This document shows positions 1-12,649 of a stretch of 64,000 nt of DNA, piece after piece. The position numbers and the translations under genes were made by a program. The DNA comes from the human T2T-CHM13v2.0 reference genome, Homo sapiens. The stretch lies in the NCBI RefSeq assembly GCF_009914755.1, contig NC_060933.1; one strand, 5' to 3'. How positions within the stretch are numbered: position 1 is the stretch's first letter; every line of letters begins with the position of its first letter. The notes beneath the pieces were generated by a model. It saw only the letters and a list, made by a program, of their open reading frames with translations. It did not search any database and had not been told where the DNA came from.

Positions 1-650
1 TGGAATGGAATGGAACGGAATGGAATGGAACGGAATGGAACGGAATGGAATGGAGTGGAATGGTATGGAATGGAATGGAATGGTACGGAATAGAATGGAA
101 TGGAACGAATTGTAATGGAATGGAATTGAATAGAATGGAATGGAATGGAATGGAATCAACGCGAGTGCAGGGGAATGTAATGGAACGGAATGCAATGGAA
201 TGGAATCATCCGGAATAGAATGGAATGAAATGGAATGGAATGGAATGGAATCAACCCGAGTGCAATGGAATGGAGTGGAATGGAATGGAATGGAATGGAA
301 CAATCCGAATGGAATGGAATGTAATGGAGAGTAAGGGAGTTGAATAGAATCAATCAGAATGTAATGGAATGGAATGCAACGGAATGGAATGGAATGGAAT
401 GGAATGCAATGGAATGGAATCAACCCGAGTACAATGGAATGGAATGGAATGGAATGGAATGGAATGGAATGGAATGCCTTCAAACCGAATGGAATGGAAA
501 GGAATGGAATCAACACGAGTGGAATGGAATGGAATGGAATGGAATGGAATGGAATGGAATGGAATGATACGGAATAGGATGGAATGGAACGAAATGGAAT
601 GGAATGGAATGGAATGGAATGGAATGGAATGGAATGGAATGGAATGGAAT

Positions 651-700
651 CGTTCCGAGTGGAATAGGAGGGAATGTATTCGGGTGGAATGGAAAGGAAT
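651..700 (+). repeat. Module D landmark CGTTCCGAGTGGAATAGGAGGGAATGTATTCGAGT (first of 19 copies)
   Basis: Starts at 651, 3360, 4628, 7075, 11671, 13084, 15375, 18390, 20427, 22403, 30258, 32616, 37283, 39641, 45141, 48565, 50462, 55059, 56198. Spacing is irregular (~1.1-7.9 kb). Confidence 0.9.
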
Positions 701-1244
701 GGAATCAACCAGAGTGGAATGGAAGGGAATGGAATGGAATGGAAACTAATAGAATGGAATCAACCCTAGTGGAATGGAATGGAAAGGACTGGAATGGAAA
801 GGAATGGAATGGAATGGAATGGAATGGAATGGAATGGAATGGAATCAACGCGAGTGCAGGAGAATGGAATGGTATGGAATGGAATGGAATGGAATGGAAT
901 GTAATGGAATCAAACCGAGTGCAGGGGAATGTAATGGAACGGAATGCAATGGAAAGGAATCATCCGGAATGGAATGGAATGGAATGGAATGGAATCAACC
1001 CGAGTGCAATGGAATGGAGTGGAATGGAATGGAATGGAATGGAACAACCCGAATGGAATGGAATGTAATGGAGAGTAAGGGAGTTGAAAAGCATCAATCC
1101 GAATGTAATGGAATGGAATGGAACGGAATGGAATTGAATGGAATGGAATGGAATGCAATGGAATGGGATCAACCCGGGTACAATGTAATGGAATGGAATG
1201 GAATGGAATGGAACGGAATGGAATGGAATGGAATGCAATGGAAT

Positions 1245-1259
1245 GGAATCTTCCGGAAT
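1245..1259. promoter_or_regulatory. Canonical 3-unit heat-shock element nGAAnnTTCnnGAAn (first of ~41 copies)
   Basis: Seen: GGAAT-CTTCC-GGAAT. Other starts: 1749, 3170, 3924, 6361, 8926, 10339, 14905, 16409, 17262, 18880, 19738, 20837, 23477, 25078, 25926, 26520, 28057, 28112, 28955, 30878, 31857, 33725, 35776, 37903, 38882, 40750, 42801, 44153, 44447, 46310, 47163, 51526, 52384, 53827, 54675, 55819, 58529, 60397, 61235, 62078. The motif match is exact; occupancy is unproven. Confidence 0.6.
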
Positions 1260-4200
1260 GGAAAGGAATGGAATGGAATGGAATGGAATGGAATGCAATG
1301 GATTCAACTCGATTGCAATGGAATAGAATAGAATGGAATGGAATGGAATCGAATGGAATGGAATGGAATGGAATCAACCTGAGTGCAAAGGAATGGAGAG
1401 GAACGGAATGGAATGGAATGGAAACTACCCGAATGGAATGGAATGTAATGGAGTGTAAGGGAATTGAATAGAATCAATCCGAATGTAATGGAATGGAATG
1501 GAACGGAATGGAATGGAATGGAATCAACCCGAGTGCAATTGAATGGAGTGGAATGGAATAGAATGGAATGGAACAACCCGAATGGAATGGAGTGGAATGG
1601 AGACTAAGGGAGTTGAATAGAATCAATCCGAATGTAATGGAATGGAATGCAACGGAATGGAATGAAATGGAATGGAATGGAATGCAATGGAATGGAATGG
1701 AATCAACACGAGTGCAGGGGAATGGAATGGAATGGAATGCAATGGAATGGAATCTTCCGGAATGGAATGGAATGGAATGGAATGGAATGAAATGCAATGG
1801 ATTCAACTCGATTGCAATGGAATGGAATAGAATGGAATGGAATGGAATGGAATGGAATGGAATTAACCCGAATAGAATGGAATGGAATGGAATGGAACGG
1901 AATGGAACTGAATGGAATGGAATGGAATGGAATGGAATGGAATGGTATGAAATGGAATAGAATGGTACGGAATAGAATGGAATGGAACGAATTGTAATGG
2001 AATGGAATTCAATGGAATGGAGTGGAATGGAATGGAATCAACACGAGTGCAGGGGAATGTAATGGAACGGAATGCAATGGAATGGAATCATCCGGAATGG
2101 AATGGAATGGAATGGAATGGAATGGAATCAACCCGAGTGCAATGGAATGGAGTGGAATGGAATTGAATGGAATGAAACAACCCGAATGGAATGGAATGTA
2201 ATGGAGAGTGAGGGAGTTGAATAGAATCAATCCGAATGTAATGGAATGGAATGCAACGGAATGGAATGGAATGGAATGGAATGGAATGGAATGGAATGGA
2301 ATGGAATCAACTCGAGTGGAAAGCAATGGAATGGAATGGAAAGGAATGGAATGAAATCAACTCGAGTGGAATGGAATGGAATGGAATGGATTGGAATGGA
2401 TTGCAATGGAATGAAATGGAATGGAATGGAATGGAATCAATCATTCCGAGTGGAATGGAAGGGAATGTAATGGAGTGGAAAGAAGGGAATGGAATCAACC
2501 CGATTGGAATACAAGGCAATGGAATGGAATGGAAAGGAATGGAATGGAATCAACTCGATTGCAATGGAATGGAATGGAATGGAATGGAATGGAATGGAGA
2601 CAACCAGAATGGATTGGAATATAATGGAGTGTAAGGGAATTGAATAGAATCAGTCTGAATGTAATGAAATGGAATGGAACGGAATGGAATGGAATGTAAT
2701 GGAATGGAATGGAATGCAATGGAATGGAATCAACCCGAGTGCAATGGAATGGAATCGAATGGAATGGAATGCAATGGAATGGATTCAACTTGAATGGAAT
2801 GGAAAGAATGGAATCAACACGAGTGGAATGGCATGGATTGGAATGGAACGGAATGGAATCAACCCGAGTATAGGGGAATGGAATGGTATGGAATGCAATG
2901 GAGTGGAATCATTCGTAATGGAATGGAAAGGAATGGAATGGAATGGAATGGAATGGAATGGAATGGAATCAACTCGATTGCAATCGAATGGAATGGAATG
3001 GAATTAACCCGAATAGAATGGAATGCAATGGAATGGAACGGAACGGAATGGAATGGAATGGGATGGAATGGAATGGAACGGAAAGGAAGGGAATGGAATG
3101 GAATAGAATGGAATGGAATGGAATCAACGCGAGTGCAGGGGAATGGAATGGAATGGAATGCAATGGAATGGAATCTTCCGGAATGGAATGGAATGGAATG
3201 GAATGGAATCAACCCGAGTGCAATGGAATGGAGTGGAATGGAATGGAATGGAATGGAATGGAATGGAATGGAATGGAATGATATGGAATAGAATGGAATG
3301 GAACGAAATGGAATGGAATGGAATGGAATGGAATGGAATGGAATGGAATGGAATGGAATCGTTCCGAGTGGAATAGGAGGGAATGTATTTGAGTGGAATG
3401 GAAAGGAATGGAATCAACCAGAGTGGAATGGAAGGGAATGGAATGGAATGGAATGGAATGGAATGGAATGCAATGGAATGGAATCAAACCGAGTGCAATC
3501 GAATGGAATCGAATGGAACGGAATGCAATGGAATGGATTCAACTTGAATGGAATGGAAAGAATGGAAGCAACACGAGTGGAATGGCATGGATTGGAATGG
3601 AATGGAATGGAATCAACCCGATTACAGGGGAATGGAATGGAATGGAATGCAATGGAATGGAGTCATCAGTAATGGAATGGAAAGGAATGGAAAGGACTGG
3701 AATGGAATGGAATGGAATGGAATCAACTCGATTGCAATCGAATGGAATGGAATGGAATTAACCCGAATAGAATGGAATGGAATGGAATGGAACGGAACGG
3801 AACGGAATGGAATGGAATGGAATGGAATGGAACGGAACGGAACGGAGTGGAATGGAACGGAATGGAATGGAATGGAATCAACGCGAGTGCAGGGGAATGG
3901 AATGGAATGGAATGCAATGGAATGGAATCTTCCGGAATGGAATGGAATGGAATGGAATGGAAGGAAATGCAATGGATTCAACTCGATTGCAATGGAATGG
4001 AATAGAATGGAATGGAATGGAATGGAATGGAATTAATCCGAATAGAATGGAATGGAATGGAATGGAACGGAATGGAACGGAATGGAATGGAATATAATGG
4101 AATGGAATGGTATGGAATGGAATGGAATGGTACGGAATAGAATGGAATGGAACGAATTGTAATGGAATGGAATTGAATGGAATGGAATGGAATGGAATAG

Positions 4201-6639
4201 AATCAACGCGAGTGCAGGGGAATATAATGGAACGGAATGCAATGTAATGGAATCATCCGGAATGGAATGGAATGGAATGGAATGGAATGGAATGGAATCA
4301 ACCCGAGTGCAATGGAATGCAGTAGAATGGAATGGAATGGAATGGAATGGAACAACCCGAATGGAATGGAATGGAATGCAGAGTAAGGGAGTTGAATAGA
4401 ATCAATCCGAATGTAATGGAATGGAATACAACGGAATGGAATGGAATGGAATGGAATGGAATGGAATGGAATGGAATGGAATGCAATGGAATTGAATCAA
4501 CCCGAGTACAATGGAACGGAATGGAATGGAATGGAATGCAATGGAATGGAATGGAATGATTCGGAATAGAATGGAATGGAACGAAATGGAATGGAATGGA
4601 ATGGAATGGAATGGAATGGAATGGAATCGTTCCGAGTGGAATAGGAGGGAATGTATTCGAGTGGAATGGAAAGGAATGGTATCAACCAGAGTGGAATGGA
4701 AGGGAATGGAATGGAATGGAAACTAATAGAATGGAATCAACCTGAGTGGAAGGCAATGGAAAGGACTGGAATGGAATGGAATGGAATGGAATCAACTCGA
4801 ATGTAATGGAATGGAATGGAATGGAATGGAATGGAATTAACCCGAATACAATGGAATGGAATGGAACGGAACGGAATGGAGTGGAATGGAATGGAATCAA
4901 CCCGAGTGCAGGGGAATGGAATGGAATGGAATGCAATGGAATGGAATCATCCGGAATGGAATGGAATGGAATGGAATGCAAAGCAATGGAATCAACTCGA
5001 TTGCAATGGAATTGAATGGAATGGAAAGGAATACATTGGAATCAACCCGAGTGTAATGGAATGGAAAGGACTGGAATGGAGTGGAATGGAATGGAATGCA
5101 ATGGAATGGAATGGAATCAACTCGATTGAAATGGAATGGAATGGAATGGAATGGAATTAACCCGAATAGAATGGAATGGAATGGAATGGAACGGAAAGGA
5201 ATGGAATGGAATGGAATGGAATGGAACGGAATGGAATGGAATCAACCCGACTGCAGGGGAATGGAATGGAATGGAATGCAATGGAATGGATTCAACTTGA
5301 ATGGAATGGAAAGAATGGAATCAACACGAGTGGAATGGCATGGATTGGAATGGAATGGAATGGAATCAACCCGAGTACAGGGGAATGGAATGGAATGGAA
5401 CGCAATGGAATGGAATCATCCGTAAAGGAATGGAATGGAAAGGAATGGAATGGAATGGAATGGAATGGAATAGAATGGAATGGAATCAACTCGATTGCAA
5501 TCGAATGGAATGGAATGGAATTAACCCGAATAGAATGGAATGGAACGGAATGGAGTGGAATGGAATGGAATCAACCCTAGTGCAGGGGAATGGAATGGAA
5601 TGGAATGCAATGGAATGGAATCATCCGGAATGGAATGGAATGGAATGGAATGCAAAGCAATGGAATAAACTCGATTGCAATGGAATGGAATGGAATGGAA
5701 AGGAATACATTGGAATCAACCCGAGTGGAATGGAATGGAAAGGACTGGAATGGAGTGGAATGGAATGGAATGGAATGGAATGGAATCAACTCGATTGGAA
5801 TGGAATGGAATGGAATGGAATGCAATTAACCCGAATAGAATGGAATGGAATGGAATGGAACGGAACGGAATGGAATGGAATGGAATGGAATGGAATGGAA
5901 TGGAATGGAATCAACCCGACTGCAGGGGAATGGAATGGAATGCAATGCAATGGAATGGATTCAACTTGAATGTAATGGAAAGAATGGAATCAACACGAAT
6001 GGAATGGCATGGATTGGAATGGAATGGAATGGAATCAACCCGAGTACAGGGGAATGGAATGGAATGGAATGCAATGGAATGGAATCATCCGTAATGGAAT
6101 GGAAAGAAATGGAATGGAATGGAATGGAATGGAATAGAATGGAATGGAATCAACTCGATTGCAATCGAACGGAATGGAATGGAATTAACCCGAATAGAAT
6201 GGAATGGAATGGAATGGAACGGAAAGCAATGGAATGGAATGGAATGGAATGGAATGGAATGGAATGGAACGGAACGGAATGGAATGGAATGGAATGGAAT
6301 GGAACGGAATGGAATCAAAGCGAGTGCAGGGGAATGGAATGGATTGGAATGCAATGGAATGGAATCTTCCAGAATGGAATGGAATGGAATGGAATGGAAT
6401 GAAATGCAATGGATTCAACTCGATTGCAATGGAATGGAATAGAATGGAATGGAATGGAATGGAATGGAATTAATCCGAATAGAATGGAATGGAATGGAAT
6501 GGAACGGAATGGAACGGAATGGAATGGAATGGAATGGAATGGAATGGTATGGAATGGAATGGAATGGTACGGAATAGAATGGAATGGAACGAATTGTAAT
6601 GGAATGGAATTGAATGGAATGGAATGGAATGGAATGGAA

Positions 6640-9190
6640 TCAACGCGAGTGCAGGGGAATGTAATGGAACGGAATGCAATGGAATGGAATCATCCGGAAT
6701 GGAATGGAATGGAATGGAATGGAATGGAATGGAATCAACCCGAGTGCAATGGAATGGAGTGGAATGGAATGGAATGGAATGGAACAACCCGAATGGAATG
6801 GAATGTAATGGAGAGTAAGGGAGTTGAATAGAATCAATCCGAATGTAATAGAATGGAATGCAACGGAATGGAATGGAATGGAATGGAATGGAATGGAATG
6901 GAATGCAATGGAATTGAATCAACCTGAGTACAATGGAATGGAATGGAATGGAATGGAATGGAATGGAATGGAATGGAATGATACGGTATAGAATGGAATG
7001 GAACGAAATGGAATGGAATGGAATGGAATGGAATGGAATGGAATGGAATGGAATGGAATGGAATGGAATGGAATCGTTCCGAGTGGAATAGGAGGGAATG
7101 TATTCGAGTGGAATGGAAAGGAATGGTATCAACCAGAGTGGAATGGAAGGGAATGGAATGGAATGGAAATTAATAGAATGGAATCAACCCGAGTGGAATG
7201 GAATGGAAAGGACTGGAATGGAATGGAATGGAATGGAATCAACTCGATTGTAATGGAATGGAATGGAATGGAATGGAATGGAATTAACCCGAATACAATG
7301 GAATGGAATGGAATGGAACGGAATGGAATGGAATGGAATGGAATCAACACGAGTGCAGGGGAATGGAATGGAATGGAATGCAATGGAATGGAATCATCCG
7401 GAATGGAATGGAATGGAATGGAATGCAAAGCAATGGAATCAACTCGATTGCAATGGAATGGAATGGAATGGAAAGGAATACATTGGAATCAACCCGAGTG
7501 GAATGGAATGGAAAGGACTGGAATGGAGTGGAATGGAATGGAATGGAATGGAATCAACTCGATTGGAATGGAATGGAATGGAATGGAATGGAATTAACCC
7601 GAATAGAATGGAATGGAATGGAATGGAACGGAACGGAACGGAACGGAATGGAATGGAATGGAATGGAATGGAATGGAATGGAATGGAATGGAATCAACCC
7701 GACTGCAGGGGAATGGAATGGAATGGAATGCAATGGAATGGATTCAACTTAAATGGAATGGAAAGAATGGAATCAACACGAGTGGAATGGCATGGATTGG
7801 AATGGAATGGAATGGAATCAACCCGAGTACAGGGGAATGGAATGGAATGGAATGCAATGGAATGGAATCATCCGTAATGGAATGGAAAGGAATGGAATGG
7901 AATGGAATGGAATGGAATGGAATGGAATGGAATCAACTCGATTGCAATCGAATGGAATGGAATGGAATTAACCCGAATAGAATGGAATGGAATGGAATGG
8001 AACGGAACGGAACGGAATGGAATGGATTGGAATGGAATGGAATGGAATGGAATGGAACGGAAAGGAATGCAATGGAATGGAATGGAATGGAATGGAATGG
8101 AATGGAATGGAATAAACCCGAGTGCAATGGAATGGAGTGGAATGGAATGGAATGGAATGGAACAACCCGAATGGAATGGAATGTAATGGAGAGTAAGGGA
8201 GTTGAATAGAATCAATCCGAATGTAATGGAATGGAATGGAACGGAATGGAATTGAATGGAATGGAATGGAATGCAATGGAATGGAATCAACCCGAGTGCA
8301 ATGGAATGGAGAGGAATGGAATGGAATGGAATGGAAACTACCCGAATGGAATGGAATGTAATGGATTGTAAGGGAATTGAATAGAATCAATCCGAATGTA
8401 ATGGAATGGAATGGAACGGAATGGAATGGAATGGAATGGAATGGAATGGAATGGAATGGAATGCAATGCAACGGAATGGAATCAACCCGAGTGCAATCGA
8501 ATGGAATCGAATGGAATGGAATGCAATGGAATGGATTCAACTTGAATGCAATGGAAAGAATGGAATCAACACGAGTGGAAGGGCATGGATTGGAATGCAA
8601 TGGAATGGAATCAACCCGAGTACAGGGGAATGGAATGGAATGGAATGCAATGGAATGGGAACATCCGGAAGGGAATGGAAAGGAATGGAATGGAATGGAA
8701 TGGAATGGAATGGAATGGAATCAACTTGATTGCAATCGAATGGAATGGAATGGAATTAACCCGAATAGAATGGAATGGAATGGAATGGAACGGAACGGAA
8801 TGGAATGGAATGGAATGGAATGGAATGGAACGAAACGGAACGGAATGGATGGAATGGAATGGAATGGAATGGAATGGAATCAACGCGAGTGCAGGGGAAT
8901 GGAATGGAATGGAATGCAATGGAATGGAATCTTCCGGAATGGAATGGAATGGAATGAAATGCAATGGATTCAACTCGAATGCAATGGAATGGAACAGAAT
9001 GGAATGGAATGGAATGGAATGGAATGGAATTAACCCGAATAGAATGGAATGGAATGGAATGGAACAGAGTGGAACGGAATGGAACGGAATGGAATGGAAT
9101 GGAATGGTATGGAATGGAATCGAATGGTACGGTATAGAATGGAATGGAACGAATTGTAATGGAATGGAATTGAATGGAATGGAATGGAAT
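6640..9190 (+). repeat. ~2.55-kb segment, copy 1 (copy 2 at ~12650-15170)
   Basis: Shared private variants: GTAATAGAAT, CAACCTGAGTAC, GGAAATTAATAG, CAACTTAAAT, GGATTGTAAGGG, GGGAACATCCGGAAGGG, CAACTTGATT, GGAATGGATGG, GGAACAGAAT. Offset ~5,980-6,010. Ends approximate. Confidence 0.85.
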
Positions 9191-10739
9191 AGAATGGAAT
9201 CAACCCGAGCGCAATGGAATGGAGTGGAATGGATTGGAATGGAATGGAACAACCCGAATGGAATGTAATGTAATGGAGAGTAAGGGAGTTGAATAGAATC
9301 AATCCGAATGTAATGGAATGGAACGGAATGGAATGGAATGGAATGGAATGGAATGGAATGGAATGGAATGCAATGGAATGGAATCAACCCGAGTACAATG
9401 GAACGGAATGGAATGGAATGTAATGGAATGGAATGGAATGGAATGGAATGGAATGGAATCAACCCGAGTGCAATGGAATGGAGAGGAATGGAATGGAATG
9501 GAAAGGAAACTACCCGAATGGAATGGAATGTAATGGAGTGTAAGGGAATTGAATAGAATCAATCCGAATGGAATGGAATAGAATGGAAGGGAATGTAATG
9601 GAATGGAATGGAATGGAATCAACCCGAGTGCAGGGGAATGGAATGGAATGGAATGCAATGGAATGGAATCATCCGGAATGGAACGGAATGGAATGTAATG
9701 GAATGGAATGGAATCAACCCGAGTGCAATGGAATGGAGTGAAATGGAATGGAATGGAATGGAGACAACCAGAATGGATTGGAATATAATGGAGTGTAAGG
9801 GAATTGAATAGAATCAATCTGAATGTAATGAAATGGAATGGAACGGAATGGAATGGAATGGAACGGAATGGAATGGAATGCAATGGAATGGAATCAACCC
9901 GAGTGCAATCGAATGGAATCGAATGGAATGGAATGCAATGGAATGGATTCAACTTGAATGGAATGGAAAGAATGGAATCAACACTAGTGGAATGGCATGG
10001 ATTGGAATGGAATGGAATGGAATCAACCCGAGTATAGGGGAATGGAATGGAATGGAATGCAATGGAATGGAATCATCCATAATGGAATGGAAAGGAATGG
10101 AATGGAATGGAATGGAATGGAATGGAATGGAATGGAATCAACTCGATTGCAATCGAATGGAATGGAATGGAATTAACCCGAAAAGAATGGAATGGAATGG
10201 AATGGAACGGAATGGAATGGAATGGAATGGAATGGAATGGAATGGAACGGAAAGGAAGGGAATGGAATGGAATAGAATGGAATGGAATGGAATCAACGCG
10301 AGTGCAGGGGAATGGAATGGAATGGAATGCAATGGAATGGAATCTTCCGGAATGGAATGGAATGGAATGGAATGGAATGGAATGGAATCAACCCGAGTGC
10401 AATGGAATGGAGTGGAATGGAATGGAATGGAATGGAACAACCCGAATGGAATGGAATGTAATGGAGAGTAAGGGAGTTGAATAGAATCAATCCGAATGTA
10501 ATGGAATGGAATGGAACGGAATGGAATTGAATGGAATGGATTGGAATGCAATGGAATGGAATCAACCCGAGTGCAATGGAATGGAGAGGAATGGAATGGA
10601 ATGGAATGGAAACTACCCGAATGGAATGGAATGTAATGGAGTGTAAGGGAATTGAATAGAATCAATCCGAATGTAATGGAATGGAATGGAACGGAATGTA
10701 ATGGAATGGAATGGAATGGAATGGAATGCAATGGAATGG

Positions 10740-10897
10740 AATCAACCCGAGTGCAATCGAATGGAATCGAATGGAATGGAATGCAATGGAATGGATTCAA
10801 CTTGAATGGAATGGAAAGAATGGAATCAACACGAGTGGAATGGCATGGCTTGGAATGGAATGGAATGGAATCAACCCGAGTACAGGGGAATGGAATG
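10740..10897 (+). repeat. Representative pHuR98-like block (start of module B); suggests chr9q12 HSat3B5 subfamily
   Basis: Seen: AATCAACCCGAGTGCAATCG...GGATTCAACTTGAAT...GGAAAGAATGGAATCAACACGAGTGGAATGGCATGGATTGG...CCGAGTACAGG, recurring many times. The ends match my memory of the Hur98 SatIII primer sites. The chromosome assignment is recollection plus inference and needs BLAST or k-mer typing against T2T-CHM13. Confidence 0.65.
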
Positions 10898-12649
10898 GAA
10901 TGGAATGCAATGGAATGGAATCATCCATAATGGAATGGAAAGGAATGGAATGGAATGGAATGGAATGGAATGGAATGGAATGGAATCAACTCGATTGCAA
11001 TCGAATGGAATGGAATGGAATTAACCCGAATAGAATGGAATGGAATGGAATGGAAAGGAACGGAATGGAATGGAATGGAATGGAATGGAATGGAATGGAA
11101 CGGAACGGAATGGAATGGAATGGAATGGAATGGAATGGAATCAACGCGAGTGCAGGGGAATGGAATGGAATGGAATGCAATGAAATGGAATCATCCGGAA
11201 TGGAATGGAATGGAATGGAATGGAATTGAATGGAATGGAATCAACCCGAGTGCAATGGAATGGAGTGGAATGGAATGGAATGGAATGGAACAACCCGAAT
11301 GGAATGGAATGTAATGGAGAGTAAGGGAGTTGAATAGAATCAATCCGAATGTAATGGAATGGAATGCAACGGAATGGAATGTAATGGAATGGAATGGAAT
11401 GCAATGGAATGCAATCAACCCGAGTACAATGGAATGGAATGGAATGGAATGGAATGGAACGGAATGGAACCGAATGGAATGGAATGGAATGGAATGGAAT
11501 GGAATGGTATGGAGTGGAATGGAATGGTACGGAATAGAATGGAATGGAACGAACTGTAATGGAATGGGATTGAATGGAATGGAATGGAATGGAATGATAC
11601 GGAATAGAATGGAATGGAACGAAATGGAATGGAATGGAATGGAATGGATTGGAATGGAATGGAATGGAATCGTTCCGAGTGGAATAGGAGGGAATGTATT
11701 CGAGTGGAATGGAAAGGAATGGAATCAACCAGAGTGGAATGGAAGGGAATGGAATGGAATGGAAACTAATAGAATGGAATCAACCCGAGTGGAATGGAAT
11801 GGAAAGGACTGGAATGGAATGGAATGGAATGGAATCAACTCGATTGTAATGGAATGGAATGGAATGGAATGGAATGGAATGAAATTAACCCGAATACAAT
11901 GGAATGGAATGGAACGGAATGGAGTGGATTGGAATGGAATCAACCCGAGTGCAGGGGATTAGAATGGTATGGAATGCAACGGAATGGAATCATCCGGAAT
12001 GGAATGGAATGCAAAGCAATGGAATCAACTCGATTGCAATGGAATGGAATGGAATGGAAAGGAATACATTGGAATCAACCCGAGTGGAATGGAATGGAAA
12101 GGAGTGGAATGGAGTGGAATGGAATGGAATGGAATCAACTCGATTGGAATGGAATGGAATGTAATGGAATTGAATGGAATTAACCCGAAGAGAATGGAGT
12201 GGAATGAAATGTAACGGAACGGAATGGAATGGAATGGAATGGAATGGAATGGAATGGAATGGAATCAACCCGACTGCAGGGGAATGGAATGGAATGGAAT
12301 GCAATGGAATGGATTCAACTTGAATGGAATGGAAAGAATGGAATCAACACGAGTGGAATGGCATGGATTGGAATGGAATGGAATGGAATCAACCCGAGTA
12401 CAGGGGAATGGAATGGAATGGAATGCAATGGAATGGAATCATCCGTAATGGAATGGAAAGGAATATAATGGAATGGAATGGAATGGAATGGAATGGAATC
12501 AACTCGATTGCAATCGAATGGAATGGAATGGAATTAAACCGAATAGAATGGAATGGATTGGAATGGAATGGAACGGAACGGAATGGAATGGAATGGAATG
12601 GATTGGAACGGAAAGGAATTGAATGGAATGGAATGGAATGGAATGGAAT

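Noticed and set aside
165-175. GCAGGGGAAT G-tracts as G-quadruplex motifs
   Set aside because: These are isolated G4 runs hundreds of bp apart. The neighbouring runs are only GG, so there is no canonical four-tract G3 motif.
325-370. Conserved GGAGAGTAAGGGAGTTGAATAGAATCAATCCGAATGT recurring like a CRISPR direct repeat
   Set aside because: The intervening sequence is satellite rather than unique spacers, spacing is irregular and hundreds of bp long, there are no cas genes, and the context is a eukaryotic satellite.
421-600. Near-identity of 421-600 with 39421-39600 at a round 39,000 offset
   Set aside because: It only reflects the shared GCCTTCAAACC insert and line formatting. Flanking private variants (GGACAGTAAG, ATACCATGG) are not shared, so it is not a 39-kb period.
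646-665. GGAAT-CGTTC-CGAGT as an HSE
   Set aside because: The TTC is one base out of register and the third unit is GAG, so it does not fit nGAAnnTTCnnGAAn.
902-912. TAATGGAATCA matching the DUX4-type TAAYBBAATCA motif (also 4245 and 63966)
   Set aside because: I saw only about three scattered copies, each a single substitution from the common GAATGGAATCA and not at a conserved module position, so they are expected by chance.
8189-8200. GA|GTAAGG and GT|GTAAGG in modules A/A' as splice donors; minus-strand TTCCCCTGCAG as an acceptor
   Set aside because: The donors lack the -1 G and +6 T, the + strand has no polypyrimidine acceptor, and donor and acceptor candidates are on opposite strands. 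No exon structure can be supported.
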